Below the pieces are notes generated by a model that was not told the DNA's origin, did no database searches, and saw only the letters and a list, made by a program, of their open reading frames with translations. From Candidatus Thorarchaeota archaeon (lineage in GTDB: Archaea > Asgardarchaeota > Thorarchaeia > Thorarchaeales > Thorarchaeaceae), in the NCBI GenBank assembly GCA_016839605.1, contig JAEOTX010000002.1, forward strand, positions 1 to 19,799: 19,799 nucleotides of DNA, written 5' to 3'. Made by a program: the position numbers and the translations under genes. Positions 16,121-19,799 of the stretch are shown in pieces; positions within the stretch are counted from its first letter, which is position 1, and each line of letters begins with the position of its first letter.

Positions 16121-16474
16121 ATGAGTAGTATACTTTACGTGCAAACTAGTGACGATCCAGAACGTCAATATTCTCCGCTTGTTCTAGCTCAGAGTGCTAA
16201 AGCCATGGACATCAAAGCGGAGGTCTACTACCTCGGTCAAGGTCTGAGAATACTCCAACCAGGAGCAGCCGAGAAGATTAAGATTGGCGACTTTCCAAAT
16301 GTTGCTGAAATGATTCAGAAATCAATTGAGATGGGCATAACAGTCTATGTCTGTGAAGCCTCGAAACAGCTGCTCGGATGGGAAAAAGTCGAGCTAGTGG
16401 AGGGGTGCAAGATAGTCGGTGCAGCCACACTGAATGACTTGGTCCTAGACGCAGATGCCACAATGTGGTTCTAG
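16121..16474 (+). CDS. DsrE/DsrF-like family protein
   Basis: PLVLAQSAKAMD, YLGQGL, VYVCEAS (conserved Cys) and IVGAATLNDLVLDAD. Lies next to tusA. Confidence 0.85.
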   Translation: MSSILYVQTSDDPERQYSPLVLAQSAKAMDIKAEVYYLGQGLRILQPGAAEKIKIGDFPNVAEMIQKSIEMGITVYVCEASKQLLGWEKVELVEGCKIVGAATLNDLVLDADATMWF

Positions 16475-16484
16475 GTGAGTCAGG

Positions 16485-17663
16485 GTGGGCGACGTTAAAG
16501 AGGTGTATCTGGACTACCAAAGCTCCAAACCTGTGGATCCGCGTGTCATTGACGGCATGCTACCCTATTTTCATGAGCGCTTTGGAAATGCTTCAGCTCT
16601 GCACCATGTGGGGGACGTAGCCACCGAGGCCCTTGATGAGAGTCGACGAGCTATTGCAGATTACATCAATGCAGACCATGATGAAATCGTATTCACATCA
16701 GGCGCAACCGAAGCAAACAACCTAGCCTTGATTGGCTATGCTATGAAAAGCAAAAGAAAGGGAAACCACATAATCATCTCTGAAGTGGAGCACATCTCCA
16801 TTAGGAATATTGCGAAATATCTAGAGAGACAGGGATTTGAGATTTCAAGAGTTCCTGTTGACAAATATGGCAGAGTGAATTTGAGGAAACTTGAACGAAG
16901 AATCAGGGATGATACGATTCTGATCTCAGTTCAATTTGCCAACAATGAGATAGGAACGATCCAACCGGTAGCTGAGATTGGAACGCTTGCGGAAGAACGA
17001 GGTATTGCGTTCCACTCGGATGCAGTAGCAGCTGAGGGCTTAGTGTCCTTTGACGTGAAACGAGATAAAATCCATCTAATGTCATTGTCATCAAATGACC
17101 TCTATGGCCCTCGAGGGCTTGGTGTTCTTTACATGAAGAAACGCTACAGAGTGAATCCAATTCTGATAGGTGGAGGTCAGGAGAGAGGGCTACGGTCAGG
17201 CACAGAGGACATTGCGAGCATCATAGGAATGAAGTTGGCAATTGATATCATGAAGAAAGAGATGTCCACCGAGGTGAAACGGTTCGAAGGCTATCGTAAG
17301 AAGCTGATAGACACAGTCCTGGCGGAGATACCAGACAGCTACCTAAATGGCCATCCTACTGAAAGGCTTGCTAGCAATGCACACTTCAGATTTGATGGTG
17401 TTGAGGGCGAAGCATTGTTGCTCTCCTTCAAAGACAAAGGCATATCAGTTTCTACGGGGTCAGCTTGTACCTCAAAGACGCTAGAGCCATCACACACCTT
17501 GATTGCTACTGGCCTCATTCATGAGGAGGCCCATGGCTCATTGCAGCTTACTCCAGGAAGATTCAACGAAGACGAAGACATCGATCGTGTCCTTGAAGTA
17601 TTGCCTGATGTGCTTGCCAGAATTAGAAAGATGTCTCCGATTTACAATCCAAAAACACGGTGA
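16485..17663 (+). CDS. iscS: Cysteine desulfurase IscS/NifS homologue with the PLP lysine replaced by Asp
   Basis: YLDYQSS, FTSGATEANN, EH, NNEIGTIQP, GGGQERGLRSGTE and STGSACTS (Cys328). SSNDLYGPRG replaces the canonical SxHKxYGPKG. Confidence 0.92.
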   Translation: MGDVKEVYLDYQSSKPVDPRVIDGMLPYFHERFGNASALHHVGDVATEALDESRRAIADYINADHDEIVFTSGATEANNLALIGYAMKSKRKGNHIIISEVEHISIRNIAKYLERQGFEISRVPVDKYGRVNLRKLERRIRDDTILISVQFANNEIGTIQPVAEIGTLAEERGIAFHSDAVAAEGLVSFDVKRDKIHLMSLSSNDLYGPRGLGVLYMKKRYRVNPILIGGGQERGLRSGTEDIASIIGMKLAIDIMKKEMSTEVKRFEGYRKKLIDTVLAEIPDSYLNGHPTERLASNAHFRFDGVEGEALLLSFKDKGISVSTGSACTSKTLEPSHTLIATGLIHEEAHGSLQLTPGRFNEDEDIDRVLEVLPDVLARIRKMSPIYNPKTR

Positions 17664-17669
17664 TGAAGA

Positions 17670-18452
17670 ATGAAATCAACTCAATACAGCGAGAAAACTC
17701 TTGACCACTTCAGAAACCCGCGAAATGTGGGTGTTCTTGAAGGTGAGAACGTTGCAAGTGGTCGTGTGGGGAATCCGACCTGTGGAGACCTCATGGAGGT
17801 CTTCATCAAGGTAGAAGATGAGAAAATTGTCGATGCCAAGTTCAGAACTTTCGGGTGCGGTTCAGCTATTGCTACGAGTAGCATGACAACTGAGATGGCA
17901 ATTGGCATGACTCTGGAGGATGCATTGGAGCTGACAAGGGATGATGTAGCAACGGAACTTGATGGTCTACCTCCAATCAAGATGCATTGTTCAAACCTTG
18001 CGGCAGATGCGCTTCATGAGGCAATAAAGGCATATCGTGCAAGGGACAGTCCAGACGAGGTAGCTCCAAAGACAGCCGACTACGAGGACCCAACCTGTGT
18101 CATTATTGGGCAAGATGATTATCTTGACAAGGGCGTTTTCTTAGATGTGAACGACCTAGAGGACTTCACTGATCAGAGAGTGTTGGTATTGCATACCGGT
18201 GATGAGTCTGTAGAATCAGCCTTGGAACTCACATCTCAAACAGATCGTGTAGTTCTCCTAACCCCGGAAAAAGAAATCGTGACAAATGACACGCTCAAGA
18301 CTGAACTCGAGCGATCCAGTGTAAAGGTGATTACTGAATCACGACTATTGGAGATCCGCGGTGAGTTTGAGGTAGAGAAGGTGCTAGTTCACAATCTCGA
18401 TGAGGATGAGCAGTACGAGCTATTTGTAGACGCTGTTGTCATAATCGATTGA
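17670..18452 (+). CDS. iscU: IscU/NifU-N Fe-S scaffold fused to a degenerate thioredoxin-reductase-like Rossmann domain
   Basis: YSEKTLDHFRNPRNVG, GNPTCGD, FGCGSAIA and LPPIKMHCSNLA, followed by about 115 aa resembling the TrxB NADPH domain. Confidence 0.88.
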   Translation: MKSTQYSEKTLDHFRNPRNVGVLEGENVASGRVGNPTCGDLMEVFIKVEDEKIVDAKFRTFGCGSAIATSSMTTEMAIGMTLEDALELTRDDVATELDGLPPIKMHCSNLAADALHEAIKAYRARDSPDEVAPKTADYEDPTCVIIGQDDYLDKGVFLDVNDLEDFTDQRVLVLHTGDESVESALELTSQTDRVVLLTPEKEIVTNDTLKTELERSSVKVITESRLLEIRGEFEVEKVLVHNLDEDEQYELFVDAVVIID

Positions 18453-18500
18453 TACTGACTATCCGGTAGATACAATTGACCTGTCTGCCACACTAACCGC

Positions 18501-18959
18501 ATGCGGATAGTGAGAGAAGCCACTGATTCAGACAGAGAGCTCCTTGTGAATCTCTTCATTTCGGAGGTGGAAGACAACATTGATCTTGCAGAAGGCTTTG
18601 CTTCAGATCTATTACGCTTTCAGACAATTCTATGTCTTGAAGGAGGAATGGTGATCGGTACCGTTAGCTGGGACATCAGGGGCGGGCTCGATGACGGCGT
18701 GGTTGAGTTGATTGGACTGGGAGTCAATCCAGAGTATAGAAGACAAGGCGTAGCTAAAGAGCTCGTACAGACCCTGATTCATGACGTGTCAAAGCACTAC
18801 TCAAACAATGATCACAATCTGCGTGTCATCTATCTCTTCATGGAGAAAGGCAACGAGGAAGGAAGAGCTTTCTACAAGTCTATTGGGTTCAAAGAGGTTG
18901 CAGATGTGCCAGACCTCTACCCGCATGATGATGCAGCAATATGGACTCTGCGTCTGTGA
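18501..18959 (+). CDS. GNAT family N-acetyltransferase
   Basis: IVREAT, motif A LGVNPEYRRQGVAKEL and motif B NEEGRAFYKSIGFKEV. Confidence 0.92.
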   Translation: MRIVREATDSDRELLVNLFISEVEDNIDLAEGFASDLLRFQTILCLEGGMVIGTVSWDIRGGLDDGVVELIGLGVNPEYRRQGVAKELVQTLIHDVSKHYSNNDHNLRVIYLFMEKGNEEGRAFYKSIGFKEVADVPDLYPHDDAAIWTLRL

Positions 18960-18970
18960 GGGAAGAAAGC

Positions 18971-19799
18971 GTGGTATACATAGAGAAAGGGTTCCCCAGT
19001 GATATAATTGATGAGATTGCTTGGAGTGAGAGCAATTCGAGGAAACCGATTTATCACATGCACAAATGGTTTGCGCGCAGGGTAGGAAGCACCTTCAGAA
19101 CCATTATGCTGGGTCTCTTTCATGATGAAGATCCCATGAAGAGGTTCTACGAGGATATCACATTGGAGACTGCAAACGGCGAGTATCCAATTCTCTTGGA
19201 CCCATTTATGGGAGGTGGCACCACAATTGTCGAAGGACACAGACTCGGATGTAGGACAATTGGTGTAGATATCAATCCGATGGCATGGTTCATTACAAAG
19301 AAGGAGCTTGAATCAGTCGACATCACTCAATTTGAAAACGCATTCAGCAAGATTAGAGAAACAGTTGAGTCTAAGATTCTGTCATTCTACAAAACCAGGT
19401 GCACTGAAGGCCACCAAGCAGATACTATGTACACGTTCTGGGTAAGAAGTATAGACTGCCAATCATGTGGCAATGAAGTTCCGCTGTTCAAGTCGTTTCT
19501 CATCTCAAAACAGAAGAACAAAATCAAGACCTTCTTCTGTCCCTCATGTAATGTCATTGTAAAAACTGACAAAGCCCAATGTCATTGCGGCATGGACCTT
19601 TCAACTGGCTATGCTACAAATAAGAGCTATATGTGTCCAAGCTGCAAACACTGTGGTGATTTGACTGAATCGTGGCTAGCTAGAAATACACCGCCTGTTG
19701 AAAGGCCCTACGCGCTTGAAATTTACTGTAAGGAATGCGGGAGAGAATACAAGACCCCGAGCAAAACCGACCTCAAACGAGTCGCTGATGCAGAAAGAG
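18971..19799 (+). CDS. DUF1156-type adenine-specific DNA methylase with Zn ribbons, 3'-truncated by the window (not in the ORF track)
   Basis: Manual translation from GTG 18971 is open to the window end: MVYIEKGFPSDIIDEIAWSESNSRKPIYHMHKWFARRVGSTFR...LLDPFMGGGTTIVEGHRLG...GVDINPMAWFITKKE...WVRSIDCQSCGNEVPL...CPSC...CHCG...CPSC...CKECG. Confidence 0.88.
   Translation, partial: MVYIEKGFPSDIIDEIAWSESNSRKPIYHMHKWFARRVGSTFRTIMLGLFHDEDPMKRFYEDITLETANGEYPILLDPFMGGGTTIVEGHRLGCRTIGVDINPMAWFITKKELESVDITQFENAFSKIRETVESKILSFYKTRCTEGHQADTMYTFWVRSIDCQSCGNEVPLFKSFLISKQKNKIKTFFCPSCNVIVKTDKAQCHCGMDLSTGYATNKSYMCPSCKHCGDLTESWLARNTPPVERPYALEIYCKECGREYKTPSKTDLKRVADAER

Noticed and set aside
16485-17663. iscS as a pseudogene or sequencing error
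   Set aside because: The frame is full length and intact, Cys328 is conserved, multiple coordinated substitutions are present, and a natural precedent is known.
1-19799. tRNA, rRNA, CRISPR arrays, IS elements, integrases
   Set aside because: Intergenic gaps are all under about 140 nt, and no cloverleaf, spaced repeats or transposase/integrase motifs were seen by eye.

Overview
Gene-dense archaeal DNA with GGAGGTG(A)-type Shine-Dalgarno sites and TATA-like promoters. The gene content suggests an Asgard archaeon such as Thorarchaeia (inference, not proven). In order: a 5'-truncated RACo/ASKHA corrinoid reactivase and a B12-binding corrinoid protein; an orphan amino-DNA methyltransferase with permuted motif order; an AcuC/HDAC-family deacetylase; and a tightly packed + strand cluster encoding (i) a beta-propeller/Zn-ribbon/tandem PCI-like winged-helix protein, (ii) a membrane receptor TM-dCache-TM-HAMP-TPR-vWA, (iii) a paralogous dCache-HAMP receptor with no output domain, (iv) a bacterial/plant-type arginine decarboxylase SpeA that apparently starts at CTG, and (v) LarE. 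Next come a minus-strand Zn-ADH, M24 peptidase and small ORF; a ParB/Srx-like protein; a tusA-dsrE-iscS-iscU sulfur/Fe-S cluster in which IscS has Asp in place of the PLP lysine and IscU is fused to a degenerate thioredoxin-reductase domain; a GNAT; and the 5' part of a DUF1156-type DNA methylase missed by the ORF track. The best candidate for an undescribed system is the receptor pair plus speA: a kinase-free, possibly amine/polyamine-sensing module whose Cache domains resemble eukaryotic alpha2delta/CACHD1. No RNA genes, CRISPR arrays or mobile elements were recognised. All family calls are from motif recognition by eye; no searches were run.
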